Virus record (IMG/VR): IMGVR_UViG_2706795719_000001
Span: 64,001-128,000 of that record
Length of the DNA stretch: 64,000 nucleotides
Source of the DNA: a virus
Lineage: Duplodnaviria; Caudoviricetes
Strand: one strand, 5' to 3'
Part shown: piece after piece, positions 1 through 7,516 of the stretch
How positions within the stretch are numbered: the stretch's first letter is position 1
How the letters are laid out: each line of letters begins with the position of its first letter
Made by a program: the position numbers and the translations under genes
The notes under the pieces: generated by a model
Told to the model about the DNA's origin: nothing
Databases searched by the model: none
The model's input: the letters and a program-made list of their open reading frames with translations, nothing else

Positions 1-14
1 TATACCAAGGCCGC

Positions 15-275
15 TTAAATTTGTTCTACATCTGTGATTTGACCTAAATAAAATGAAATTCTATATTCTATAAATTCATTATTATGGTACGAAATTAAAT
101 CTAAGTCACCACTATATTCTAAAATGTTATTTTTGAAATGTAAATGGTTTTTGTCAATAGTAAATTCATTAAAATTTGGTTCTAAATCTTTTGTTTGAAA
201 TTCTAAACCATTATGTTCTTGTTTAAAATTTTTATGTTTAATTGATTTAACACTAATTGTATCGTATACACCCAT
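15..275 (-). CDS. hypothetical phage protein
   Basis: 86-aa ORF, GAGG RBS upstream, MGxYDTI...FQTKDL pattern. Confidence 0.7.
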   Translation of the reverse strand: MGVYDTISVKSIKHKNFKQEHNGLEFQTKDLEPNFNEFTIDKNHLHFKNNILEYSGDLDLISYHNNEFIEYRISFYLGQITDVEQI

Positions 276-300
276 AATAATACCCTCACGTTATCAAATG

Positions 301-403
301 AATATCCACTCATAAGTTTTAAATAACCTATGTCACGTCTGGTCCAGAAAATCGAATTTCGAATAATCCGGAACCGATTAATCGGAACGTCTAAGTGGAT
401 ATT
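301..403 (-). ncRNA. candidate structured small RNA (closing stem + 3 hairpins) just 3' of tRNA-Pro
   Basis: 10-bp terminal inverted repeat AATATCCACT/AGTGGATATT; internal hairpins 311-332, 344-371, 374-385; G-U pairs form only on the minus strand. Confidence 0.55.
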
Positions 404-407
404 GATT

Positions 408-484
408 TGGTCTGTACGGAAGGATTCGAACCTTCGACCCGATGCATCCAAAGCACCTACGCTACCAGACTGCGCTACGTACAG
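408..484 (-). tRNA. tRNA-Pro(UGG)
   Basis: Cloverleaf CTGTACG/CGTACAG, anticodon loop TT-TGG-AT, GGTTCGAATCC, encoded CCA. Confidence 0.95.
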
Positions 485-667
485 TTATCTTTTAGTACTC
501 CAATTTTTATCAGTAGCTTTATCTACTGCTTTATAATACCAATTTTTAATATCTTTTGACACAGAATAACCAGTTAATATGTTTGCAATTGAAATACTAT
601 AAAAAGCCATTAGTAATATGCATGACACAAATCCTAATATAACACAAATAATTCCTAAAGCACTCAT
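485..667 (-). CDS. small membrane protein
   Basis: MSALGIICVILGFVSCILLMAF hydrophobic N-terminus, GAGGA RBS. Confidence 0.65.
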   Translation of the reverse strand: MSALGIICVILGFVSCILLMAFYSISIANILTGYSVSKDIKNWYYKAVDKATDKNWSTKR

Positions 668-686
668 ATTATCCTCACAATTAATT

Positions 687-762
687 TGGTGACCCACCAT
701 GGAATCGAACCATGCTCCAACGCTTATGAGGCGTTCGCTTTCAACCAGTAAGCTAGAGGGCC
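687..762 (-). tRNA. tRNA with CAU anticodon, probably Ile2 (lysidine) rather than Met
   Basis: Cloverleaf, CT-CAT-AA loop, acceptor GGCCCTC/GTGGGTC with C4-G69 and C5-G68, encoded CCA. Confidence 0.9.
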
Positions 763-767
763 AAATT

Positions 768-852
768 TGGTGGTACCGGGTAGACTCGAACTACCGAAGG
801 CCGAAGCCTGGAGATTTACAGTCTCCTGTCATTGCCGCTAGACTACGATACC
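768..852 (-). tRNA. tRNA-Tyr(GUA)
   Basis: CT-GTA-AA loop, long variable arm AGGCTTCGGCCT, encoded CCA. Confidence 0.93.
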
Positions 853-859
853 AATAAAA

Positions 860-936
860 TGGTACACACTACAGGATTCGAACCTGTGACCTAGGGCTTA
901 GAAGGTCCTTGCTCTATCCAACTGAGCTAAGTGTGC
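860..936 (-). tRNA. tRNA-Arg(UCU)
   Basis: GCACACT/AGTGTGT acceptor, CT-TCT-AA loop, GGTTCGAATCC, CCA. Confidence 0.95.
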
Positions 937-994
937 ATTATTAATAAATTCTAGTTTAAAACTTATTAATAATGGCAGGATATCCTGCCTAAAC

Positions 995-1267
995 TTAAAC
1001 TCTGTACTTATTTATAATATCTAAAACAGTGGATTCGTTTTCCTTCAATTCCAAGTAGATGTTATCTCTAACTTCAGTATCACTGATATGCCACTTCATA
1101 GCATCTATCAATAAATCTCTTGGGATCATATTAAACAATTCATTTAATAAAGCAACATTATTTTCTAATTCTATATCAAATAATTCAAAAATAGAATCAT
1201 GCACAGAATTATAAAAATCAGTATACTCTATATCATACTTTGATAAGTTTTCAATAAAATTAATCAT
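995..1267 (-). CDS. acidic hypothetical protein
   Basis: ORF with phage-like composition; start placed at MINFIE. Confidence 0.65.
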   Translation of the reverse strand: MINFIENLSKYDIEYTDFYNSVHDSIFELFDIELENNVALLNELFNMIPRDLLIDAMKWHISDTEVRDNIYLELKENESTVLDIINKYRV

Positions 1268-1313
1268 ATTATATCCCAACCCGATTCTAAACCCAAGAAA
1301 ATGAAAATAAGGT

Positions 1314-1697
1314 TTATTTACATAATTCAGGATATGACCGTTTAAACTTGCTGTTAGAACACAAAGCCTTTACCAATTTGTCACCAAATCTTTTCTTGAC
1401 ACTTTCCCCAGATTCTTCATAATCTAGTTTAATGTTTTTCAATATTCTTTCACCACCCGTAAAGGTCATTTTAGCTTCATACCCCTTCTTGGGATCATAG
1501 TTTATGAAATCTAATGTCACTTTGACACTGAGTCCTTTATTCGCGTCATGGTTAATAAAAATTTGTTTTCTGTTATCATCCAGAACTGGAAACAAAATCA
1601 CATATTGGTTGCGTGAATATGTTTTTTCTATTTTATATTCTGGTAAAGCAGATTCTGTGAGAACGCTTTCAGTGATAAATTCTTTAAATGACTTCAT
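1314..1697 (-). CDS. putative internal head protein (capsid-targeting sequence)
   Basis: N-terminus MKSFKEFITES resembles the T4 IP capsid-targeting sequence (MKTYQEFIAE); basic body. Confidence 0.7.
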   Translation of the reverse strand: MKSFKEFITESVLTESALPEYKIEKTYSRNQYVILFPVLDDNRKQIFINHDANKGLSVKVTLDFINYDPKKGYEAKMTFTGGERILKNIKLDYEESGESVKKRFGDKLVKALCSNSKFKRSYPELCK

Positions 1698-1761
1698 TTC
1701 TCATCCTATTATTTTGATAAATCGTTACCAACGTATCTTTCCAGCCCGACCTTCAGCAAGA

Positions 1762-1818
1762 CGAACTCACGTAAAACAGATTAACAGTCCGCTGCTTAAA
1801 CCACTCAGCCAACTACCC
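1762..1818 (-). pseudogene. truncated tRNA-Asn(GUU)
   Basis: 5' acceptor strand, D arm, GCGGA-CT-GTT-AA-TCTGT anticodon arm and GTGAG-TTCG present; no 3' acceptor strand or CCA. Confidence 0.7.
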
Positions 1819-1981
1819 AATATATTTAACATTCTTTTGATAAGATTCTATTGAATCCAATTCAGAAGTATGCATTGAAACAGTTTTACCATTTGTGAAC
1901 TCTATAACTATATTTATAGCATAAATAGAGGTGGTATTTTCGTCAGAATTAATAATATTCTTCACTTGTTGGTAGAAGAAT

Positions 1982-2009
1982 ATATTATCACATATATTAT
2001 GAAAGCATA
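1982..2009 (-). promoter_or_regulatory. T4-type middle promoter (MotA box + -10)
   Basis: TATGCTTTC-13 bp-TAATAT. Confidence 0.5.
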
Positions 2010-2393
2010 TCATCGAACTTCTAAATCAGGAATAACAACAGTAGGTTTAAAAATAACTTTATAATGATAAGGGCTTGCTTTGGCACTGTCGACTTGTTCA
2101 ATAAAGAAAGTTACATTATCAGAAAGTCCAAGCATATGTTTTTTATATTCATTAGGTCCTGTTTGACAGACAATACCAAGAACACGATCTGTACTTGTAT
2201 TATCACGGGTGCACTTACCTTCTATTTGAAGCATATAATCATTAGTGATACCATTATAAAATACAATACGGCGTTCAATTTTAAAATTATCAGAATCTTT
2301 ACTCAGATTACGTGATACAACATCTGAATCATTTGGGCACCCAGTTAATAAAAATGCAGCACCTAATACTACACATGATAATAGTTTTTTCAT
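2010..2393 (-). CDS. lipoprotein, conserved phage family
   Basis: Signal peptide with lipobox LTGC; RRIVFYNGIT motif. Confidence 0.8.
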   Translation of the reverse strand: MKKLLSCVVLGAAFLLTGCPNDSDVVSRNLSKDSDNFKIERRIVFYNGITNDYMLQIEGKCTRDNTSTDRVLGIVCQTGPNEYKKHMLGLSDNVTFFIEQVDSAKASPYHYKVIFKPTVVIPDLEVR

Positions 2394-2743
2394 TGATAAA
2401 CCCTTTTTGTTTTTCTTACTAAAATAACTTGGTGAGGAGTATTCATAATATAAGCAAATACATCTTTATCATAATCACGTGGGTGGTAATACTCATAGAC
2501 CGCTACACGAAATCCTTCTTTAGTAAATCCTAAGATGACACCAACGCTAATGCCTTTCCAGGGTCCTGTAGATGAGAACGAGACAATATCTCCTACAGAT
2601 ATTAAATTACCTATCATGTCTTCTTTAGGTGTTCCCTGCATTAATTTAGGGTGAATTTCTAATTCTGGGTCATTGGCATAAATTTCTTTAAACCCAATTT
2701 TATTTTGTTCTTTAAATAAACTAAATGCTTCATTAATATTCAT
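2390..2743 (-). CDS. hypothetical protein
   Basis: 117-aa ORF with ATGA overlap to the next gene. Confidence 0.7.
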   Translation of the reverse strand: MNINEAFSLFKEQNKIGFKEIYANDPELEIHPKLMQGTPKEDMIGNLISVGDIVSFSSTGPWKGISVGVILGFTKEGFRVAVYEYYHPRDYDKDVFAYIMNTPHQVILVRKTKRVYQ

Positions 2744-2960
2744 TTCTTATCTCTTCAAAAAATTCATCAATTGACCAGTGGTATTTTTATGGGTTTCAGA
2801 AAAAACAAATACACCATTGGCTTCTATTTTGGTATAATCAGATTCATTTACATAATTAGATATATCACAGACAAAAATTAAAGCCTTCTATACTATCACA
2901 CCAGCCATTGGAATTGAACACGTTGTTTTCATAACGAATAATATCCATTAGGATTCTCCG

Positions 2961-3218
2961 CTACTGCTGACCGAGGGCTTTTGCGATTACAGCGTCAACG
3001 ATATCTAAATCATCGTCATCATCTGGTTTATAGCTTGCAATTTTATTGCGAAGTCTTATTAACTGCTCTAATAACTCTGGTGCTGATGTGATTAGGTTGG
3101 CGTTTGATTTACGCTCTTCTAACTGACCAGCATCCCATGCTTCTTCTGCTATTTCTTCTATGTTGCAATCTCTAGTTAGCCTGGCATAGTTATCCTCGAA
3201 CCATTTATTAAACTCCAT
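2961..3218 (-). CDS. hypothetical protein with temperate-phage-like C-terminus
   Basis: NANLITSAPELLEQL...AVIAKALG motif. Confidence 0.7.
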   Translation of the reverse strand: MEFNKWFEDNYARLTRDCNIEEIAEEAWDAGQLEERKSNANLITSAPELLEQLIRLRNKIASYKPDDDDDLDIVDAVIAKALGQQ

Positions 3219-3219
3219 A

Positions 3220-3408
3220 TCACCCCCTGGCCTTTAACATTGCATCGGCATATGCATAAGCAAGTTTCGCATAATATTCAGTGGCCTCTTTAACCGAAGT
3301 AAAAGCAACGTTACTCGTATCACTATGAGATAAGCATCCGTTCAGCGCGGCTATTGCGAACTTGTCACGTAACTCTTCTAATTCCGATGATAATAGTTTA
3401 TCCGCCAT
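3220..3408 (-). CDS. small temperate-phage-type protein
   Basis: LRDKFAIAALNG...AYAYADAMLKAR motif; GGAG RBS. Confidence 0.75.
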   Translation of the reverse strand: MADKLLSSELEELRDKFAIAALNGCLSHSDTSNVAFTSVKEATEYYAKLAYAYADAMLKARG

Positions 3409-3472
3409 ACTTTCTCCATTATATCAATAAAATCTAAACAATATAAATCCGCAATTAAACAGGTTTTGACTT

Positions 3473-3500
3473 AATATAACTCATCATCCTTTGAAGCATT
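3473..3500 (-). promoter_or_regulatory. T4-type middle promoter
   Basis: AATGCTTCA-13 bp-TATATT. Confidence 0.6.
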
Positions 3501-4020
3501 ATTTACTAGCATCCATATAAACTTTATAAGCAAATTCTGTTTCTTTGGACGTAAATTCATCGGATCTAGATGATCTAGCTACTTTCATATCATATTTTTC
3601 GGCATAAGATGCAAATTCAGATCTATCTTTAAATCGTAGGCCATTTGTAAAATCTTTATATAATTGGTGCATAAAGGCCGAAAATTTATTTAAGAAATCA
3701 AATTTTCCTTTAACAGGACCGACAACTAAATTAGTTCCGGAAATAGCTTTAACTTTGATATATCTCGTATATTTAGAAATAGCATCCGCGAACGGTCCTT
3801 TAATTTCTTTTGCCCAAATAGACCGATTAAACTGGAATGTCCAATTACCGACTTTTATATCGTTTGCAATATATTCGTAACCCCAGTCTTTATAATCTTT
3901 TAACTTCATTTTATTGAACAAGCTCTGATCGAAATCTCTCTTATTAGGATTTTCTTCAATCATTTCTCTAGTTAATACAGGCTTTTTAGATTCATTCAAA
4001 AATTCATTAAATGTTTTCAT
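3499..4020 (-). CDS. putative internal head protein at the ipI locus
   Basis: MKTFNEFLNES capsid-targeting-like N-terminus; directly downstream of 57B as ipI is in T4. Confidence 0.75.
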   Translation of the reverse strand: MKTFNEFLNESKKPVLTREMIEENPNKRDFDQSLFNKMKLKDYKDWGYEYIANDIKVGNWTFQFNRSIWAKEIKGPFADAISKYTRYIKVKAISGTNLVVGPVKGKFDFLNKFSAFMHQLYKDFTNGLRFKDRSEFASYAEKYDMKVARSSRSDEFTSKETEFAYKVYMDASK

Positions 4021-4047
4021 TTTTATTCCTAATTTCGATTTAGGAGT

Positions 4048-4077
4048 ATCATATCATCCTAAATCGAATGTGTAAAC
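4048..4077 (-). promoter_or_regulatory. early promoter
   Basis: GTTTACA...TATGAT; -10 box lies in the loop of a 12-bp inverted repeat (4034-4068). Confidence 0.75.
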
Positions 4078-4538
4078 TATAATTTGTCTGTCCAATCCAA
4101 ATCAAGTGGTTCTGTGTATTCATAATCTAAAATGATAGGAATATCAAATGTACCTTCAATTTTAAGTTCTCCAATATCATAGCTCAATGTTATATGTGGA
4201 GAATAATCCGGAAAGTCATGAGTACCACCAATAGCAATACCATAATTATGTCTATAAGTGAGATAATCTGATGTATACTTAAAAACTAAAGCAGATTTAC
4301 CTGACTCAGTTTTCCATGTATCTAAAGTTCCATGATCTGCTAATTTAAAACTGCCTGAACTAGGAACATAAGGAACGTTTACCCTAGAATATAAAATAGT
4401 ACTATGCAATTTTTCTCTAGGAACAGGAAACGGGACCTTTAAATCCCGTTGTAATTGTTCGATTGCATCTAGTGTTAATCCTGAGAACTTGGCACCGACA
4501 TATGTGCCTTTATTATGAATCACTTCTAGGAATTCCAT
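4077..4538 (-). CDS. 57B: gp57B / Acb1-like 2H phosphodiesterase
   Basis: Two HxT motifs ([17 protein letters not shown]); position after 57A. Confidence 0.9.
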   Translation of the reverse strand: MEFLEVIHNKGTYVGAKFSGLTLDAIEQLQRDLKVPFPVPREKLHSTILYSRVNVPYVPSSGSFKLADHGTLDTWKTESGKSALVFKYTSDYLTYRHNYGIAIGGTHDFPDYSPHITLSYDIGELKIEGTFDIPIILDYEYTEPLDLDWTDKL

Positions 4539-4782
4539 CCGTTTCTACTTCTTCAACACAATCTTGTGGTTTTAAAGCTTCAATAGCATCATAAATATCT
4601 TGAATTTTAACCTGTCCTTCTTGTTCGATTTCTAATAAAGAAATTACATTAGAAATAATAGTTTGAAGTTTTTCTTGTTCTTGCATTAATTCACGAACTT
4701 TGTCTTCTGCGTCAAATGTACGGATTTTAAGAACATTAACTTGGACTTGTAAATTTTCTAATTCAGAGTTTTGAGTATTCAT
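4513..4782 (-). CDS. 57A: gp57A tail-fibre chaperone
   Basis: Acidic coiled coil (LKIRTFD), synteny between genes 1 and 57B. Confidence 0.8.
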   Translation of the reverse strand: MNTQNSELENLQVQVNVLKIRTFDAEDKVRELMQEQEKLQTIISNVISLLEIEQEGQVKIQDIYDAIEALKPQDCVEEVETDGIPRSDS

Positions 4783-5422
4783 TTTTTACCTTTTTATAAA
4801 AATCGTCTAAAGAACTATTATTTTCAATAACAATATCACCTTCTAAAATTTGGAGGTCTTGCTCGGTGATATGATTATCATTTGTATTTGTGTTTTTCTT
4901 AATATGGATAACTTTTCCATTATGTAATCTGATTGCTTCTATTTCATGTATCTGTCGACAATCAGTAATAACAATTGTATGGGACTTAGGGATTCTTTTA
5001 TTAATATAATTAAATACTATATCCACCCAATACATTTTATCCATGCTTACAACAATATCTGTTCCAAGGGTCTGTAGGAACTTCCGAATTGTAAATTCAT
5101 TATTATTTATAACAGGGATTTTAGGTGTATCACCTTTAAGTCCATTTCTTTTTAAATGGGCAACACATCTCAACATATAATCTTCAAATTGGTCTTGTGT
5201 CATATCTAATTTAAATTCACGGTCAATACCGTGACCATCAAAATCTTTATAAGACAAATTAACACCATTATAATTTTGCCAATTTATAGACAATGTAAAT
5301 TTTAAATAATCAGCAAAGGCTATTTTGTGACAATATCTATTTTGTTCATCACATAATGATTCAATATAATTTGCACATGTATCTTTACCACTTCTTTTTT
5401 TGCCAGTCAATCCTATAATCAT
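4763..5422 (-). CDS. 1: dNMP kinase
   Basis: GKKRSGKDT P-loop, RKFLQTLGTD, TDCRQIHE. Confidence 0.95.
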   Translation of the reverse strand: MIIGLTGKKRSGKDTCANYIESLCDEQNRYCHKIAFADYLKFTLSINWQNYNGVNLSYKDFDGHGIDREFKLDMTQDQFEDYMLRCVAHLKRNGLKGDTPKIPVINNNEFTIRKFLQTLGTDIVVSMDKMYWVDIVFNYINKRIPKSHTIVITDCRQIHEIEAIRLHNGKVIHIKKNTNTNDNHITEQDLQILEGDIVIENNSSLDDFYKKVKNEYSKL

Positions 5423-5425
5423 TTA

Positions 5426-6004
5426 TTACCTCATAGATGGATGTAAATTTCGCCCAATAGAAATTGCTGAATCTTGGATAGACGGACGAGATACTATTAT
5501 TTTGTTATCTTTTTCAATTTCAAAATATTTAAAATTAAAATTAACGGTCATATAAACAGCTGGATCTCCTTCTGTATCATATCCATATTCTATATCAGAA
5601 ATAGAAGAAGGCCAAGCTCCATAATAATTAAAAGATACTAATGATTTCTTTTTATCATTATCTAGTATGTGTAATATGATACCTTCAGGTTGTCCAGAAA
5701 CATCCCAGGCACTATTATTATGAGTAATATAGTTATTTATTGATAACATCCATTTGTATATCTCGATGTACGAGAGGAGCTCCTCATCTAATAATACTTT
5801 AGCTATTAATTCACCGTGTTCTAATGTAGATCCAGGTAAATTTGATCTTCCAAGTCCTTTCGTTCCTAAAGGAACTTCTGTAATAGGTATTCTAACATCT
5901 GGAAGGATAAAGCTTTGAACATTTAGAGTAAAAGCTTCTGTTAATTTACTATCCGGTATATCTATTCTAAAGTTAGTAGAATTAGTTTGATTAAAAAAAC
6001 TCAT
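5426..6004 (-). CDS. 3: gp3 tail tube terminator
   Basis: FNQTNSTNF...LHILDN...YYGAWPS; synteny. Confidence 0.93.
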   Translation of the reverse strand: MSFFNQTNSTNFRIDIPDSKLTEAFTLNVQSFILPDVRIPITEVPLGTKGLGRSNLPGSTLEHGELIAKVLLDEELLSYIEIYKWMLSINNYITHNNSAWDVSGQPEGIILHILDNDKKKSLVSFNYYGAWPSSISDIEYGYDTEGDPAVYMTVNFNFKYFEIEKDNKIIVSRPSIQDSAISIGRNLHPSMR

Positions 6005-6005
6005 T

Positions 6006-6213
6006 ATAGTTTCCTTAGTTTATTATTTTATTAAAAGTATAGTATATTCTATATAACTATTAAGTAATAAATTAATAACTCTATGTTATTATTAAAATAT
6101 TAAAAATCTGGAGCGCAGCTCCAGAAAATAGTTTCTTCTAGTTATTATTTTATTAAAAGTATAGTATATTCTATATAACTATTAAGTAATAAATTAATAA
6201 CTCCATGTTATTA
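6006..6213. repeat. repeat-hairpin-repeat cassette, copy A
   Basis: Two ~85-bp AT-rich direct repeats (6006-6091, 6128-6213; period 122) flanking TCTGGAGC-GCA-GCTCCAGA (6107-6125). Confidence 0.95.
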
Positions 6214-7020
6214 TCTTTTCCAGACTTTAGAAGCAGCAAATCTTGAACCTTGAGACATAAATTGCTGAGTAGGCATAAAAATAATATTAGACCAGTCTTG
6301 AGGCTTAACTTCTATTATTGGTCCTTTAATATGACCTGGTAAATAAGCTTTTATCATTTGATCGGACCCATGCATTCCTCTAACACTACTCCAATTTATT
6401 TTTAGCTTGGTCTTAGATGAAATATTACTTGTAGAGGAAAACCGTTTTAATAATTCTTCTAAAAATGCTTGTCTGGCTTTAGGTGGTATATAATGAAGGT
6501 TTAAACCATATAATAATTGATTACCATTACCTGCTGTTTTCGCACCTAAGAATATAATTAAAGGAAACTTATCCCAATACGGGAGAGTATCTTTATTTTT
6601 GGCATCATAAACATAAGTATAAATCTTACCAATTTCTGGTGTTTTAGTAGTTCTTGTTCTAACACCAGTTTTAATAGTTTCTTTAAACCACTTTATAGAT
6701 TTATTGTTTACTGCTGCACCTTCGTTTCTTATTTTTTTCTTTAAAGTACTTCTAAACTCATTAACTATTGCAAGTTCGCGTTCTCTTCTTGTTAAATTAT
6801 GTTTAGATTTACCTTTAATGGCTTCAACTTCTAAAGCTTCTTTTATTTTATCTGAATACCTGCTCATTGCAGAAGTAAAAGTGCTATATTTTATTCCTTT
6901 ATGTTCTGCAAACTTTTTAGAAGATATACTTCGTCTCACTTTAGAAAATTCAACACCTAATTTAATCCAGTCTTGGGCCGATTTAGGTAATGTTTTTTCT
7001 TCTTCAATTTCAAATATCAT
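6211..7020 (-). CDS. 2: gp2 DNA end protector
   Basis: YDAKNKDTLPYWDKFPLII, GLNLHYIPPKAR. Confidence 0.95.
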   Translation of the reverse strand: MIFEIEEEKTLPKSAQDWIKLGVEFSKVRRSISSKKFAEHKGIKYSTFTSAMSRYSDKIKEALEVEAIKGKSKHNLTRRERELAIVNEFRSTLKKKIRNEGAAVNNKSIKWFKETIKTGVRTRTTKTPEIGKIYTYVYDAKNKDTLPYWDKFPLIIFLGAKTAGNGNQLLYGLNLHYIPPKARQAFLEELLKRFSSTSNISSKTKLKINWSSVRGMHGSDQMIKAYLPGHIKGPIIEVKPQDWSNIIFMPTQQFMSQGSRFAASKVWKR

Positions 7021-7466
7021 CCTTTCCACCCCATGGTCTTTAATGAGCTTTCAGTCACTATCTTAAATTGTAAATTCATTTTATCCGCTAATTTTTTAGC
7101 AGCTTTCCATTTATCAGAATTAACTTGATATGTATACATTTCTTCCATAAATCGTTTCTTTGCTTTAACTGTGACATTAGCAGGTGGTCTTGGCGGTTGA
7201 GTTTCTTTAAATGGTTTAACTTCAAAAAGGAATTCTTGGCCACTTTTAAACTTAGCCCAGAAATCCATAAAATATCTTCTTTTTTTACCATCTGCATTAC
7301 TAAAATACGGAATTATGACAGTTTCAGAACTCCAAGACACAACATCAGAATTATTATCAAGCCATTTCATAAAAAAATGTTCCCAAGATGATCTATAAGT
7401 TATTTTTCGCCAATCCCCTTTATATTTGTCTTTATTTACTGGCAAAAACTTACCTTTATATGCCAT
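7017..7466 (-). CDS. 4: gp4 head completion protein
   Basis: YRSSWE...RRYFMDF...EVKP motifs. Confidence 0.95.
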   Translation of the reverse strand: MAYKGKFLPVNKDKYKGDWRKITYRSSWEHFFMKWLDNNSDVVSWSSETVIIPYFSNADGKKRRYFMDFWAKFKSGQEFLFEVKPFKETQPPRPPANVTVKAKKRFMEEMYTYQVNSDKWKAAKKLADKMNLQFKIVTESSLKTMGWKG

Positions 7467-7479
7467 AATAGGTCCTCTT

Positions 7480-7504
7480 TATAAATACATATATAATATT
7501 TATA
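7480..7504. promoter_or_regulatory. opposed late promoters for genes 53 and 4
   Basis: TATAAATA on + (7480-7487) and on - (7497-7504). Confidence 0.8.
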
Positions 7505-7516
7505 ACAGGGGGTAAA

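Noticed and set aside
203-536. ORFs 203..451 (-) and 330..536 (+)
   Set aside because: They overlap tRNA-Pro and the structured element and lack an RBS
1813-2013. 66-aa ORF
   Set aside because: Its start overlaps a middle-promoter motif, it has no clear RBS, and its stop lies in the pseudo-tRNA; possibly a gene remnant
6006-6213. CRISPR mini-array
   Set aside because: Only two long (>60 bp) repeats per locus, the 'spacer' is the same hairpin at both loci, and there are no cas genes
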